From contig CP064998.1 of NCBI GenBank assembly GCA_016700035.1, forward strand, positions 791,551 to 855,550: a DNA stretch of 64,000 bases. The letters run 5' to 3'. The notes beneath the pieces are model-generated. The model did no database searches and was not told the DNA's origin. It saw only the letters and a program-made list of their open reading frames with translations. The position numbers and the translations under genes were made by a program. The stretch is from a bacterium. Lineage in GTDB: Bacteria > Patescibacteriota > Saccharimonadia > CAILAD01 > GCA-016700035. Numbering within the stretch: the stretch's first letter is position 1; each line of letters begins with the position of its first letter. Of this stretch, positions 42,305 through 53,880 are shown piece by piece.

Positions 42305-42937
42305 ATGATCCGCAAACCACTTACTAAAAAACAAAAGCGAACACTAGATTATGTTTCGTCTTTTATCGAGCAACACGGCTACTCACCAAGCTACCGTGAG
42401 ATTGCTAATGGACTAAAGCTTAATTCTGTCGCTACTGTCGCCCAGCATATCGACTCGCTTGTCGCAAAGGGCCTTCTAACTAAAGGAAATAACTCTGCTC
42501 GTTCCCTCCTCCCAGTTGGCGAAGTTGAGGCCGCTACTATTACCGACTCTGGTATGCGCCTGCCTATTTTAGGACTCATCGCTGCTGGTTCGCCAATTGA
42601 AACCGTCTCTGGCCATCCAGATACTCTGGAAGTTCCACCTTTCATGGTTGGAAAACGCAATAGCTACGTCTTGCAAGTTAAGGGGCAGTCTATGATTAAC
42701 GACGGCATCCACAGCGGAGACTATGTAGTGGTGCAAGAAAAAGAAGTGCCCTCTAACGGTGAAGTCGTAGTGGCACTAGTTAATGGCTCGGAGGCTACCC
42801 TCAAGCGCTACTATAAAGAAGCTGGTCGAGTACGTCTGCAGCCCGCCAACGATACTATGGACCCCATTTATATAACACCAGATATGGATCTCCAAATTCA
42901 AGGAGTAGTAATTGGTCTAATCCGTAAGTATAACTAG
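42305..42937 (+). CDS. lexA: LexA repressor (S24 peptidase)
   Basis: N-terminal wHTH LTKKQKRTLDYV...GYSPSYREIA, an Ala-Gly cleavage site, and Ser/Lys dyad motifs GQSMINDGIHSGDYVVV...LKR. Confidence 0.9.
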   Translation: MIRKPLTKKQKRTLDYVSSFIEQHGYSPSYREIANGLKLNSVATVAQHIDSLVAKGLLTKGNNSARSLLPVGEVEAATITDSGMRLPILGLIAAGSPIETVSGHPDTLEVPPFMVGKRNSYVLQVKGQSMINDGIHSGDYVVVQEKEVPSNGEVVVALVNGSEATLKRYYKEAGRVRLQPANDTMDPIYITPDMDLQIQGVVIGLIRKYN

Positions 42938-42965
42938 CTACTGATATCGCTATTTTGACTACCGA

Positions 42966-43637
42966 CTAGAATATTGCGTCTGCATGTCTGAAGTAAACTA
43001 TCAGTGAGCGAATAATATAAATATTCAAAAAAGTTCCGACTACAGCGGCCAACATCTCAACTACACCAATAATCACCTGGGATGACAATGAATATACTCC
43101 CCTGGCAAACAAGTTAGCCCAAAATGGCCCTAGCCACTTAATCGTAAGTATCAAAGTGATAATCATTCCTGCAAGCAACAATAGCTTTATGAGAGGCACC
43201 CTAATCCTATCCTGAAAATGCCCTCGGTTAGAAAAGGCTGTTTCTACAATTAGGCCATTACGGGCAGTAGTAAAGAAGGCCATACCTAGCCAGAATAGCG
43301 TATAAACCCCCAGCCCCACTGTGCCCCAAAAAAGCACAATAGTGATCCAGTTTACTATCTGTAAGTCACCATATACCATCAGCTGACTACCAATCTGTTG
43401 AGCTAGGGCAGCCGAATCAACACTCGTCGAACCACTCAAAACTTTAGCGATCGTCTTAATATTAACTGCTACTAGGTACAGGATAGACGTTGCAATGTAG
43501 GCTATAAACCCCACTGGCGCAGCAACCGCATAGCTTCGAGCCCGAGCCTCTTGTAGCTCACGCCCGGGATCTTGCATGACGGCTTGCTGTTGAATTTGAG
43601 CCGATGTTTGTGGCGTTACAAGATACTTTTCGTTCAT
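42966..43637 (-). CDS. Hypothetical polytopic membrane protein
   Basis: 223 aa with about 5 TM helices. Confidence 0.4.
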   Translation of the reverse strand: MNEKYLVTPQTSAQIQQQAVMQDPGRELQEARARSYAVAAPVGFIAYIATSILYLVAVNIKTIAKVLSGSTSVDSAALAQQIGSQLMVYGDLQIVNWITIVLFWGTVGLGVYTLFWLGMAFFTTARNGLIVETAFSNRGHFQDRIRVPLIKLLLLAGMIITLILTIKWLGPFWANLFARGVYSLSSQVIIGVVEMLAAVVGTFLNIYIIRSLIVYFRHADAIF

Positions 43638-43645
43638 AGGAGTTT

Positions 43646-44203
43646 TTAAGAAGATTTCTCCGTCACAACAATCACCGTCATGGTCTTACCTTCCTTAGTA
43701 TCTTGCGTCACAATAAACGATAGCTTGCGTGGTGTTTTCTCAGCAAAACCAACTCCCATCGCAAAATAGCTTGACTGACCTTCGGACTTCGCCCAACCTT
43801 GAGTCGCCAACTGCTCCTCATAATATGCAGTTATCTTCTGCACATCATCGGCAGACTGCAAGGTAACATTTGACCCTTCACCCTCTTTGACCACAGAATA
43901 AACCACCGTTGCGCCAGGATACACTGGAATATCGGAAGGGTAATTCTTGGGCAGCTCAGCTTTACTGGAAAATGTCCCCTGCCCATCTTGAGTAGTCACT
44001 TCTATGGAGCCACTTTTTTCATCAACTTTTATTTTATTATCTCGCACAAAACCAAAAATTGTACTAGCTGCAAAAATGCCAGCAATAATAGCTCCCACAA
44101 ATAAAAAGGCTACAACGCCAGCAACACCAATGGCTATTTTGACACCAGTTGACATGGGTTTTTTTGTATTATTTTTTGATGGACCAGCTGGTAACTTTGC
44201 CAT
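43646..44203 (-). CDS. Hypothetical secreted protein (signal anchor)
   Basis: 185 aa with an N-terminal TM helix. Confidence 0.4.
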   Translation of the reverse strand: MAKLPAGPSKNNTKKPMSTGVKIAIGVAGVVAFLFVGAIIAGIFAASTIFGFVRDNKIKVDEKSGSIEVTTQDGQGTFSSKAELPKNYPSDIPVYPGATVVYSVVKEGEGSNVTLQSADDVQKITAYYEEQLATQGWAKSEGQSSYFAMGVGFAEKTPRKLSFIVTQDTKEGKTMTVIVVTEKSS

Positions 44204-44221
44204 AATATATACCTCTTATGG

Positions 44222-45271
44222 CTATATTGTACCACCTATAATGGCCTGAGCAACGCAGGAGGCGACTCGTTTATCAAAAACATCCGGCACTATGTTATCA
44301 ACCGTAGGCTCGTCAATGATGTCCGCCAAGGCTTGAGCAACGCGCAACTTATCGTCTACTGTAATATTTTTCTTTCGAGCAGCCATCAAGCCGCGAAATA
44401 ATCCAGGAAACACCAACACATTATTGATCTGGTTCGGAAAGTCCGATCGACCAGTAGCCACAACTGTAGCACCAGCTTTTTTAGCATCTTCCGGCAATAT
44501 TTCTGGCTCCGGATTTGCCAGCGCAAAAATAATTGGCTCACTATTCATAGCTCGGATAATCCGCTCATTAAAAGCTCCCGCCACCGAAACACCAATCAGT
44601 ACATCTGCTCCATTTGAGGCATCTCGCAAGTCGCCCATTTGTTGAGTGGAACTAATCTGAGCTAATGCAAGCTTCTCAGAAGATAAATCCGTACGATTGG
44701 TCGATAAAATACCTTTTGAATCAACCACCAATAACTCACCCACACCCGCAGCATGCAACAATCGCGCTATACCCGATCCAGCTGCTCCAGCACCATTCAC
44801 CACCACCTTGCACTGCGCCAAATCCTTACCCACCACCTTTAAGGCATTATATAACCCTGCCAGTACAACAATGGCCGTGGCATGCTGATCGTCATGCACC
44901 ACCGGAATATCTAGCTCTTCTTGCAGGCGTCGCTCAATCTCAAAACAAGCTGGCGCTGCGATATCTTCTAAATTTATCCCACCAAAGCCTGGCGCGATCG
45001 CACGCACCGTCCGTACCACTTCTTCCGCATCCTGCGTTGCCAGCACAATTGGCCAGGCGTTCACCCCACCCAGCTCGCGAAACAACATCGCCTTACCTTC
45101 CATCACCGGCAAAGCGGCCCGCGGCCCCACATTGCCTAACCCCAACACCGCCGAGCCGTCACTAACTACTGCGACTGCCCCAGCTGTACTGGTTAGCTCC
45201 CGAACACGCTCTGGATTTTCAATAATTTCTTTGGAAACCAAAGCAACCCCCGGCGTATAAAAGGCCGTCAA
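44222..45271 (-). CDS. NAD(P)-dependent malic enzyme (small type). The ORF lacks about 40 N-terminal residues seen in homologs.
   Basis: YTPGVA, VVSDGSAVLGLGNVGP, and the Rossmann motif VVVNGAGAAGSGIARLL. The start codon is unclear. Confidence 0.75.
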   Translation of the reverse strand: MTAFYTPGVALVSKEIIENPERVRELTSTAGAVAVVSDGSAVLGLGNVGPRAALPVMEGKAMLFRELGGVNAWPIVLATQDAEEVVRTVRAIAPGFGGINLEDIAAPACFEIERRLQEELDIPVVHDDQHATAIVVLAGLYNALKVVGKDLAQCKVVVNGAGAAGSGIARLLHAAGVGELLVVDSKGILSTNRTDLSSEKLALAQISSTQQMGDLRDASNGADVLIGVSVAGAFNERIIRAMNSEPIIFALANPEPEILPEDAKKAGATVVATGRSDFPNQINNVLVFPGLFRGLMAARKKNITVDDKLRVAQALADIIDEPTVDNIVPDVFDKRVASCVAQAIIGGTI

Positions 45272-45335
45272 AGACTCGGGCGTGAGTTCGGCATTAGCTT
45301 CAATGTGGATCTTGCCATGATACTTTTTGTGATAT

Positions 45336-45788
45336 TCAATCGGATCGATGTCGGGCTCCTATCTTTTTCTCATTTAGCTTCTCTAAAATAATTATTGTTA
45401 AGGCCACGCTAGTTGTGGCGACAACCACACCCCACACAGTGTCAATTATAGAAATACCAAGCTGCCAGTCAGAAAAAAGCTGTAAATTTCTAATATTGCT
45501 GAGGCCAAATATTGCTAAGCCATAAATTCCAGCTCGCAGGAGCGATTTGCCCATACCAGCTCGCTTATCGCCAGAAAACAATGCTAACCAAACTAGCCCA
45601 GCCGTAAAAAATAGTCCAAAAACCATAAACCATACTGCCGAGAACCCAGCCGTTGCATAGGGCTCTAGTGCACGACTATATATCCCATCTGCCGCCCATT
45701 GCGTCCAGGTATAGTGTAGAGCCAAAAAGACAGTCAGGCATATGGCGAATGAAGTTATCTTCTTTTGCATTGACTTATATCGTATCAT
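45336..45788 (-). CDS. Hypothetical membrane protein
   Basis: 150 aa with 4 TM helices. Confidence 0.35.
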   Translation of the reverse strand: MIRYKSMQKKITSFAICLTVFLALHYTWTQWAADGIYSRALEPYATAGFSAVWFMVFGLFFTAGLVWLALFSGDKRAGMGKSLLRAGIYGLAIFGLSNIRNLQLFSDWQLGISIIDTVWGVVVATTSVALTIIILEKLNEKKIGARHRSD

Positions 45789-45876
45789 GCTAAAGCTAAA
45801 AAGGTAGATGTAGTAAGTGTGTATTGTTTATAAAGTCATAGCTGTACCGTAGCATTTTCTTATCAGCACCACCCCA

Positions 45877-47112
45877 CTAACCAACCCAGTAGCCATTAGA
45901 GAACATCGTGAGCATCGCACCGAGCCCAACTGCCGATAAGACAAAATACAATGTTCGCACCCACTCAGCTTGTTTATCCAACCACATCGCAATGAGGATA
46001 AAAACCGGGAATACCGCTAAAATGTATCGACTATCTGAAACAAAATTGCCGGTTAATACCAATGTTAGTGCGGTTAATCCGGAATATACCACTAAAGATA
46101 TTGGTAACTTCTTTCTCCAGCCAACCCAAGCACTCCACGCAATTGCTAGCCAAGCTATAAAAAAATGCAGCCTGGTAAATAGCTGACTGAACCAATCGTC
46201 CAACCAAGCCGTAGACCCCACGAGCCCGATCATGCCAGTTGTTTCTTTATATATGGTGCGAAAAATATTTGCCTCAAAGCCCATATAGGGCCAATACTTA
46301 TCATAGATACTTGCAAAGTAAACCCACGGATACACATTGGTTTTACTATAGAGCCACAACCAATACGTACCAGTTCCAGCAAGAGCTACCGGGATAGATA
46401 CAATCTGCCAATCAATCTTACGCCACGACCAATTTTTATCAGATAAATACTGCGCGGCAATAACTATGGCAAATATAATCCCCACACCTCGCGTACCGCC
46501 AGCTAATGCCGCCAGAATCCCAGAAGCCAAATATTTTTTGCGCAGCAATAGCAATAACGACCACGTAGCCAACGCAACAAAAACTGCTTCAGTATAGAAA
46601 GCAATAAAAAAATGTGCACTTGGAAAGGCCAGCCAGGCAAGTATGGTCAGGATTGCTACTTTACGCTTTCTAGTAACTTCCATTGTCAGTAAATACAAAC
46701 CTTGCGATGCAATAAGTAATGCTATGGCATTAATGAACTGAGCTGCTACTACTATGTTGATGCCAATTTTATGCAGTAGGAAAATTATCAAAGGAAATAC
46801 GGGGTAAAATACAGTATTAAAACTAGATAGGTCATAGCCTTTTTGAATAATAGCCAAATAACTTACCCCATCCCACTTAATAGCACCAATCAATCCAGTT
46901 ATAATGGGTGGATTATAGGTCGTATTCCCAGGTTGGTGAATTACAGATACAACAAAAAACCGTAAAATAACCATACTAATAATCCACACCAGCGGGATGA
47001 CTATGGCTGGATATTTTTTAATAAAAGTAGAAAGCTTACTGTTAATTTTTACTAGTTGTATTCTTAATCTTTTTAGCCTGGCCATTAAGATTATCCTTAT
47101 TTGACACAACAA
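45877..47112 (-). CDS. GT-C-fold polytopic membrane glycosyltransferase (PMT/ArnT-like), putative
   Basis: About 11 TM helices with aromatic-rich loops. The start is uncertain, with candidates at 47112, 47085 and 46974. It sits in the glycan locus. Confidence 0.45.
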   Translation of the reverse strand: MLCQIRIILMARLKRLRIQLVKINSKLSTFIKKYPAIVIPLVWIISMVILRFFVVSVIHQPGNTTYNPPIITGLIGAIKWDGVSYLAIIQKGYDLSSFNTVFYPVFPLIIFLLHKIGINIVVAAQFINAIALLIASQGLYLLTMEVTRKRKVAILTILAWLAFPSAHFFIAFYTEAVFVALATWSLLLLLRKKYLASGILAALAGGTRGVGIIFAIVIAAQYLSDKNWSWRKIDWQIVSIPVALAGTGTYWLWLYSKTNVYPWVYFASIYDKYWPYMGFEANIFRTIYKETTGMIGLVGSTAWLDDWFSQLFTRLHFFIAWLAIAWSAWVGWRKKLPISLVVYSGLTALTLVLTGNFVSDSRYILAVFPVFILIAMWLDKQAEWVRTLYFVLSAVGLGAMLTMFSNGYWVG

Positions 47113-48421
47113 CCCCCATCAGCAGCCCAATCGCCACCCAAATATGCATGATGTAGAGCGTGGAAAAAGTTTGTGCTTGGATTAATTGTGAAAAGATATA
47201 AGTAAGCAATCCTGCCACTAAATAAGTATCGCGACTGTTTGGCCTACGTAAGTACATTATTGACTGTCGCACCAATAGAATAATCAATGTCAATAATAAA
47301 ATTAATCCCACAAGTCCAGTCTCTAGTAAGATCTCTAGTGGTAAATTATTGACTATTGCCCACCCACCTACGGCATTAGGCCCTTGAATATAGGGGCCAA
47401 ATTGCCCTGGTCCAATTCCAAACAGTAAAACATTCATGTCCGATGTAGACAGACGAATTGCCTTTAGGCGAAAACGACTCCTATCATCACCAGATCCTTC
47501 CACTCCAGAATTTGTAAGCTGTTGCACATAAGCGCCTGCAGCTTTCTTGCCTTCGGCGGGGCTATCACTTATTAATGGAGTGCGATTAAAGAGCTGGATG
47601 CAGGATAGTGCTAGTATAAATCCAATAGCAATAGCAAGCGCAACTCTTACCAATCTGCCCGATACAAGCTTTCTCCTGTAGATAGCAGTGCAAACAAAAG
47701 TTAAGATAAGTGCTCCAATTAAACCATAAATTGCCCCCCTCGATAGAGTGAGGCTTAAAGTGGCAATAAATAATGTTAAGACTACCCCACTATATCTGAT
47801 TATTTTTTTTCTATATAAAACTTCATTTATCAATAATAGTGTTGGTAACAACAAATATGAGCCAAAATATAACGGCTCTAGCCCTGTAGACTGTATACGC
47901 GCAAAGCCAAATACCCTCCAGCTATACCTTTCTGAAAGGCCAGTCCAAGAAGAGTTGAGCCCAAAAAAATCACCAAAATATTGATATATTCCAAATACAG
48001 AAGTTATGATTGCGGCAATATATAAAGTAATTATTACCTTTCTTCTAGATAATTCACCAATGTTTTTCCATAAATAAAAGACACTAATCCCCACACCAAT
48101 AGCAAATACCGTATACAGAACTACTTGAATAGCCCTGATTTGATTAATTGATATAGGTATTATTAGGCTAACCCATAATATAAATAAGCCTAATAATACT
48201 ATTTCAATGGGTAGCCAACCAGATTTCCTGGACTTAATAAGAATCCACAGTCCTCGCAAGATTAATAATCCACCAATAAATAAACTAGGTCTCAAAGTTA
48301 TAAAGGATACATCTATAGATGGTATTCGCTCAAAAGGTAGCACTAACACCATCCCCTGCAAAAGAGTGAGATCTGGATTGCTACGAATGTATTTTAAAAT
48401 GTTATGTATCTTTTCTCTCAT
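47042..48421 (-). CDS. O-antigen ligase/polymerase family membrane protein (Wzy_C-like)
   Basis: About 11 TM helices with a periplasmic-loop motif LSLTLSRGAIYGL. In the glycan locus. Confidence 0.55.
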   Translation of the reverse strand: MREKIHNILKYIRSNPDLTLLQGMVLVLPFERIPSIDVSFITLRPSLFIGGLLILRGLWILIKSRKSGWLPIEIVLLGLFILWVSLIIPISINQIRAIQVVLYTVFAIGVGISVFYLWKNIGELSRRKVIITLYIAAIITSVFGIYQYFGDFFGLNSSWTGLSERYSWRVFGFARIQSTGLEPLYFGSYLLLPTLLLINEVLYRKKIIRYSGVVLTLFIATLSLTLSRGAIYGLIGALILTFVCTAIYRRKLVSGRLVRVALAIAIGFILALSCIQLFNRTPLISDSPAEGKKAAGAYVQQLTNSGVEGSGDDRSRFRLKAIRLSTSDMNVLLFGIGPGQFGPYIQGPNAVGGWAIVNNLPLEILLETGLVGLILLLTLIILLVRQSIMYLRRPNSRDTYLVAGLLTYIFSQLIQAQTFSTLYIMHIWVAIGLLMGVVVSNKDNLNGQAKKIKNTTSKN

Positions 48422-49250
48422 TTGTTCCAGCTAAAATTACATTTTTAATATAGAGTGGTGCACGAAATATCCGTAATACTGCCGCAGCAACTGCTCCATG
48501 CCACTTTTTGAAGTATTTATTTTGTGATTCATAGTAGTATTTTTTTCTACTGGAGGACGAAGAAATACTTCTTCCCCATAAATGTATTATGTGGGCAGAA
48601 GGAAAAAACCTAATTTTATAACCAGCCGCAGCAACTGCTTTACACAAGTCTGTATCTTCATAATACATGAAGTAGCGCCCATCAAAACCATCTATCTGCT
48701 GAAAAACCTTCTTAGAGATCACAAGTGCCGCCGCAACCGCAACATCTACATCCTGATCTACAGCCGGCATAGCATTTTTTTTACTCATTAATAACCTACT
48801 AAAAAATCTGAATGGTTTTAACACTATAAGTCTGTAAAGCGAAGGAAAGTCGTCTATCTGTGTTGGCTGTATAGATCCTTGCTCATCGGTGAGTAGTGGT
48901 AATGCCGCAGCATAATCTCGATTACTACTAAGAAAGTCTAGTAATTTATGTAGATTATTTTCTTTAGGCACGAGTGTGTCTGTGTTGAGGAGCCAAATAT
49001 ATTCCCCTTCTGCTAGACCCACCCCTTTATTGTTCCCCTGACCAAAGCCGTAGTTTTTTCTAAGCTCAATAATCTTAGCATCTTTACATACTCGCTTAAT
49101 TCTTTTTTTGTTAAGCTGCTTGGATGCATTATCAATAACTAATACTTCATAGTCATCGAGCTTTAAACTTAAATTCTTTTTTAGGCTTTTTAGGCTATCT
49201 ATCAATAAATCTTCTGTGTTGTAGTTAACATAAATAATTGATAATCGCAT
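48402..49250 (-). CDS. Family 2 glycosyltransferase
   Basis: LSIIYVNYN...VIDNAS...LLNTDT (GT-A DxD region). Confidence 0.8.
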   Translation of the reverse strand: MRLSIIYVNYNTEDLLIDSLKSLKKNLSLKLDDYEVLVIDNASKQLNKKRIKRVCKDAKIIELRKNYGFGQGNNKGVGLAEGEYIWLLNTDTLVPKENNLHKLLDFLSSNRDYAAALPLLTDEQGSIQPTQIDDFPSLYRLIVLKPFRFFSRLLMSKKNAMPAVDQDVDVAVAAALVISKKVFQQIDGFDGRYFMYYEDTDLCKAVAAAGYKIRFFPSAHIIHLWGRSISSSSSRKKYYYESQNKYFKKWHGAVAAAVLRIFRAPLYIKNVILAGTNERKDT

Positions 49251-50224
49251 TAATTATCCCCTCTCCCAAATGGCCACTTTGGAGACATGACACTGTAGAT
49301 ATCTAGCCAGTTAACCTTTCTCTCGGATTGGATGTGTATTCTTTCTCTGCGGATGCGAGGTACCGCTCTAACAAATTCGAGGTATGCCAAAAATACTTCT
49401 CTAAATGCCAAAGATTTGATGGCAGCTACAATCATATAAATATTAGCTATGCAGAATTTAGCCACTGTGCGATATATTATTCCAGATGGAGTATTTTTCC
49501 AATATACATATTGAGCATTTCGTATTACATAGCGGCGAGAAAAATTTCTCCCTCGCTTACTCGAAGATACACCCAGACCATGTGTAATTAAGGCCTTGGG
49601 AGCTAATCCGATGCTGTAGCCTTTGAGACGAGCTCGATAGCAATAATCTACATCCTCGTAATACATAAAAAATAGACTATCAAAACCTCCAATTTCGCGC
49701 CATACTTTAGTCCGATAAAGAGAATAGCCTCCCGATCCAGAAAATATTTCCTGGCTAGATTGTTTTTTTACAGAAGCAACACTCTTTCCTCTCATTCTTG
49801 GAGAAGCAATTCCCCAACAGCTCATATCATCACCCAATGCGTCAATTGTCTTTCCGTCAGGCAATATAGATGCAGATGTCACAACGGCCAATCTATCATC
49901 GGCATCAGCAATCTTTACAAGCTGTTTTAACCAATCTTCATGAGCAATAGCATCTGTATTCAGTAACGCAAAATACTCTGTATGAACATCCCTAATAGCA
50001 ATGTTAACTGCTTCAGCAAACCCATGGTTTTTACTCTCAGCTATCACATGCACATCTGGGTAGTTTTTGGCGATAAAATTAATGGAGTCATCTTGAGAGC
50101 TATTGTCTACAACTATTATCTCAAAGTTCTTAAACGTCTGTACTTTTAAAGAATCCAGAGCAGCTGAAATAATCTCCACCCCATTCCAATTAACCAAAAC
50201 CACAGTAACTTTAGATTTAACCAT
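49250..50224 (-). CDS. Family 2 glycosyltransferase
   Basis: VTVVLVNWNG...VVDNSSQD...LLNTD. Confidence 0.8.
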   Translation of the reverse strand: MVKSKVTVVLVNWNGVEIISAALDSLKVQTFKNFEIIVVDNSSQDDSINFIAKNYPDVHVIAESKNHGFAEAVNIAIRDVHTEYFALLNTDAIAHEDWLKQLVKIADADDRLAVVTSASILPDGKTIDALGDDMSCWGIASPRMRGKSVASVKKQSSQEIFSGSGGYSLYRTKVWREIGGFDSLFFMYYEDVDYCYRARLKGYSIGLAPKALITHGLGVSSSKRGRNFSRRYVIRNAQYVYWKNTPSGIIYRTVAKFCIANIYMIVAAIKSLAFREVFLAYLEFVRAVPRIRRERIHIQSERKVNWLDIYSVMSPKWPFGRGDN

Positions 50225-51377
50225 CTATTAGACTCCTTAACACAGTCAGATAGGTCTTAGCCGAAGCTTGCCAGCTCCAATGAGCCCTAGCTTCCTTACT
50301 CATTTTACTTGGACTCCACTCAGTTTGAATTGCTTCATCAATAGCACGGGCTAGAGGGTCTACTTCTCTTTCGCATAATAATCCGTTTACACCTTGATTG
50401 ACGGTCTCCAGATACCCTCCCTCATTTACTGCTACAGTCGGTGTTCCGCATGCAGCTGATTCTATAGGGGTAAAGCCAAACGGCTCTTTCGTGGCCACAG
50501 CAAGCGTTACGATACTCTCCCTATATATTTTTGCTAGCTGCCCATCTGTAACGCCTTGTCTAAATTCAATTATCATGCCAAGCTTTTTTGAAAGTACCTC
50601 TAATTCTTGCTTGTATCTTGTATCATAATTTTCGTAAACAAAAACTAGCCTTACTCCATGCATAGCTTTAACTTTCGATAAAGCCCTGATCGCTAAATCC
50701 TGACCCTTAGCAGGATGTAGTGTACCAACTACAACGATCTGGTTTTTTTTGGTTGACTTAGCGTAAAAGAATCTTTCTTGATCTATACCCAAGTAACACA
50801 CCTCAGCATCAATACCATAAGCCTTAGTAATATTTCCTTGCGCATACTTTGAATTACAAAGTGCAGCCGAACACTTACGAGCATTTGCCACATCTAGGTC
50901 TTTCAGTATTTTTTGCCGAATAATCCACGGTGCTTGAAGAGCCTTGGGAATCATCTCTTTTGATTTATTATAAAAATCTTGTTCAAAGCTTAAACGCCTG
51001 GGCTCCTGGATAAAATATAGGTTCTTAGTTTTTAGATATTGCATCAAAAATGGTGTTTGCGCTATTGCACAGTGATGGACAAATACTGCATCATACTTTT
51101 TACTGTCAATCTCATCGGCAATATTTTTCTGTATACGACGTAACTTTGCGAACCGCGTTACTATTTCTATAAACATATCTAATCTTGAAGGATCATAGCT
51201 AAAATCATAGCTTTTATATTTTTTTACATATGGTCGAAAATTGTAACGAGATGCATCATTAGCTGGAAAAAGTTGGTACAAATCGTAGTCAACTTCTTCA
51301 TAAGAGTGCTTAACTAGTTCGTGAAGTGCCCTTATGGCTCCTCCATCTGGTAGATTGTGATAAATAGCTACACGCAT
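50217..51377 (-). CDS. Family 4 (GT-B) glycosyltransferase
   Basis: The C-terminal motif [20 protein letters not shown] is the EX7E region. Confidence 0.75.
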   Translation of the reverse strand: MRVAIYHNLPDGGAIRALHELVKHSYEEVDYDLYQLFPANDASRYNFRPYVKKYKSYDFSYDPSRLDMFIEIVTRFAKLRRIQKNIADEIDSKKYDAVFVHHCAIAQTPFLMQYLKTKNLYFIQEPRRLSFEQDFYNKSKEMIPKALQAPWIIRQKILKDLDVANARKCSAALCNSKYAQGNITKAYGIDAEVCYLGIDQERFFYAKSTKKNQIVVVGTLHPAKGQDLAIRALSKVKAMHGVRLVFVYENYDTRYKQELEVLSKKLGMIIEFRQGVTDGQLAKIYRESIVTLAVATKEPFGFTPIESAACGTPTVAVNEGGYLETVNQGVNGLLCEREVDPLARAIDEAIQTEWSPSKMSKEARAHWSWQASAKTYLTVLRSLIDG

Positions 51378-51423
51378 ATATACTGTATATTATACCCAAT
51401 GTGCAGATAACGAAGGAGGATTT

Positions 51424-52383
51424 GTGGCAAAAAAAGCACTTATAACAGGAATTACCGGTCAAGACGGTTCATATTTAGCCGAATTACTTCTAGATAAAGG
51501 CTATGAGGTGCACGGTATTATGCGCCGAAACAGTACTTTTACTACTGGTCGGATTGAACATATCTTTGATGATATCCAAATGCACTATGGTGATTTAGCA
51601 GACTCCAGCTCGCTCCAGCATATCATCGCCAATATTCAGCCGGATGAAGTTTATAATCTAGCCGCCCAGAGCCATGTAAAAGTTTCTTTTGATGTACCGG
51701 AATATACCGCCGATGTCACCGGCACTGGCACCTTGCGACTATTAGAAGCTATCCGTACTTCCGCACCACAAGCCAAATTTTATCAAGCTAGCTCCAGCGA
51801 GATGTTTGGCAAAGTTTTGGAAGTGCCACAAACCGAAAAGACGCCCTTCTACCCTCGCTCACCCTACGGTGCTGCTAAGGTCTATTCTTACTGGATCACC
51901 AAAAATTACCGCGAGAGTTATGATATGTTTGCCTGCAACGGTATTTTATTCAATCACGAAAGTCCGCGCCGTGGCGAAACATTTGTAACCCGTAAAATTA
52001 CTCGAGCGGTGGCCGCCATTAAAGCCGGCAAGCAAGATAAGCTCTTCCTCGGTAATCTGGACGCTAAACGCGACTGGGGCTTTGCTGGCGATTATGTAGA
52101 AGCTATGTGGCTTATGCTACAGGCCGATAAGCCAGATGACTATGTGGTGGCAACAAATGAAACGCACTCCGTAAAAGAGTTCTGTCAGATCGCCTTTAAT
52201 CACGTAGGTCTGGACTGGGAAAAGTACGTGGAAGTCAGCGAGAAATACTTCCGCCCGGCTGAAGTCGACCTGCTCATCGGTGACCCGGCCCATGCCAAAA
52301 AACAGCTCAAATGGGAACCAAAAGTAAGTTTTGAAGAGCTCGTGAAGATGATGGTTGATGCCGACTTAACTGAACTCAGCTGA
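51424..52383 (+). CDS. gmd: GDP-mannose 4,6-dehydratase
   Basis: [19 protein letters not shown], the YxxxK catalytic motif, and an overall GMD pattern. Confidence 0.9.
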   Translation: MAKKALITGITGQDGSYLAELLLDKGYEVHGIMRRNSTFTTGRIEHIFDDIQMHYGDLADSSSLQHIIANIQPDEVYNLAAQSHVKVSFDVPEYTADVTGTGTLRLLEAIRTSAPQAKFYQASSSEMFGKVLEVPQTEKTPFYPRSPYGAAKVYSYWITKNYRESYDMFACNGILFNHESPRRGETFVTRKITRAVAAIKAGKQDKLFLGNLDAKRDWGFAGDYVEAMWLMLQADKPDDYVVATNETHSVKEFCQIAFNHVGLDWEKYVEVSEKYFRPAEVDLLIGDPAHAKKQLKWEPKVSFEELVKMMVDADLTELS

Positions 52384-52527
52384 TATTATAGGTTTCAACA
52401 ATTCTCTCTATAATAATATTTACCCCATAAGGATATGGGGTAAATATTATATACTCTACAGATTCATTGAGGGCATATTTACTTTATCTCTCTTTATACT
52501 AAAGTATAGACATACATAGTTTTTAAC

Positions 52528-53819
52528 TTACAAGATTGAATTAATAATTTCTTTCATCTTAGTGGCACTTGTATTCCAGCTAAATTTCTTGGCCTGTATT
52601 AAGCCGGCCTTTCTCATTTTTTTTGCCAACTCATTATCGGTTAATACTCTTTTTATCGGCTGAATTTTCCAGGGCTTTGAGTGTAAGCATGGCAGTGTTC
52701 TCCCAAGTAAAGCCTGCTGCTTGTTTTTTACCCTTACGAACAAGCTCTTGGTGTAGCTTTTCAGACTTAGCAAGCTCAACAATACCATCAATAAAATCAT
52801 CTGCCGTGCTAACCATTATTGCAGCATCACCTGCCACCTCTGGTATCGACGAGTTTTTAAAGCATATTACCGGACAGCCTGATTGCATCGCCTCTAAGAT
52901 TGGCATACCAAAGCCCTCATATTCCGAGGCAAACAATAGTGCTTGAGCCTGCGAGTAATATGTAGCCAAATCAGCATCATCCGCATACCCAATGACTTTT
53001 ATTCTTTTCTTTACTGGGGATTTGTCTATGTGCTTTAACAAACGAGCCGTGTCGTAAAATTTAGACTGCTCAAAATCATAGCCAATAAAAACTAAATCGA
53101 CATTAGCTCCGCGCTTAAGTGCTTCTTCGTACATATCTACTAATTGCATGAGGTTTTTTCGGGAATCAGTCCCGCCCACATAGAGCATGTAAGGCTTTTT
53201 GTTCATTTTCTTTTTGCTCGGCGCAGGGAGCTCCTGTGCGGCTAATGGAGTTACAGTATAGGGGCACGCTAGATGTGTTGGGAAATACTTTATGTAAATC
53301 ATCAATAGAAGCCTGCGAGATGCTGACTATACGATCTACCAATGCGTATCTTGCGTTCAAGCGCATAAATTGCTGAAACACCTGCTCATTACGCATATCC
53401 CAAAAAGGCCGCAGAAAACCTGGCTTCTTCCTAGGCACAAAATACTTTTCACGGTAAATTATTGGTATAAGATCATACAGCGTAACTACTGTAGGGGTAT
53501 TTTTACTGAGCCCAAAGCCGATATCTTGTTGAAAAAAAACATCTGCCTGCACCGACTCTTTGAGCCCAGGCTGATGCATAAATAACTTTCTGTAAAGCTT
53601 AGAGCTAAATGAACCCGGATCATAATTACCCAGACTTATAAATTTTACAGATGGAGACACATAAGAAAGTTTTGGAGGCTCATCGCCATAATGATAGCAA
53701 TAAAATTCATGCTGCTTACCTACCCTAAAAAGAGCAGGAACAACATTGGCAATATATTTACCAATCCCCCTATGCTGATGTCCGCTCTGAAGCGGCCGTA
53801 AGTCAATGGAGATTTTCAT
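52528..53819 (-). pseudogene. GT4 glycosyltransferase disrupted by frameshift(s): N-domain ORF 53166-53819, C-domain ORF 52634-53305, third-frame C-terminal remnant 52528-52630
   Basis: The two ORFs overlap by 140 nt in different frames. KKPYMLYVGGTDSRKN, the GT4 linker, is in the second ORF. An FSWN C-terminal motif is repeated in a third frame. Confidence 0.6.
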
Positions 53820-53880
53820 ACCAGTACTCTAGATAGATTTATATTATTTAATTTAATTAGTAGAGATATCATATATTGCA

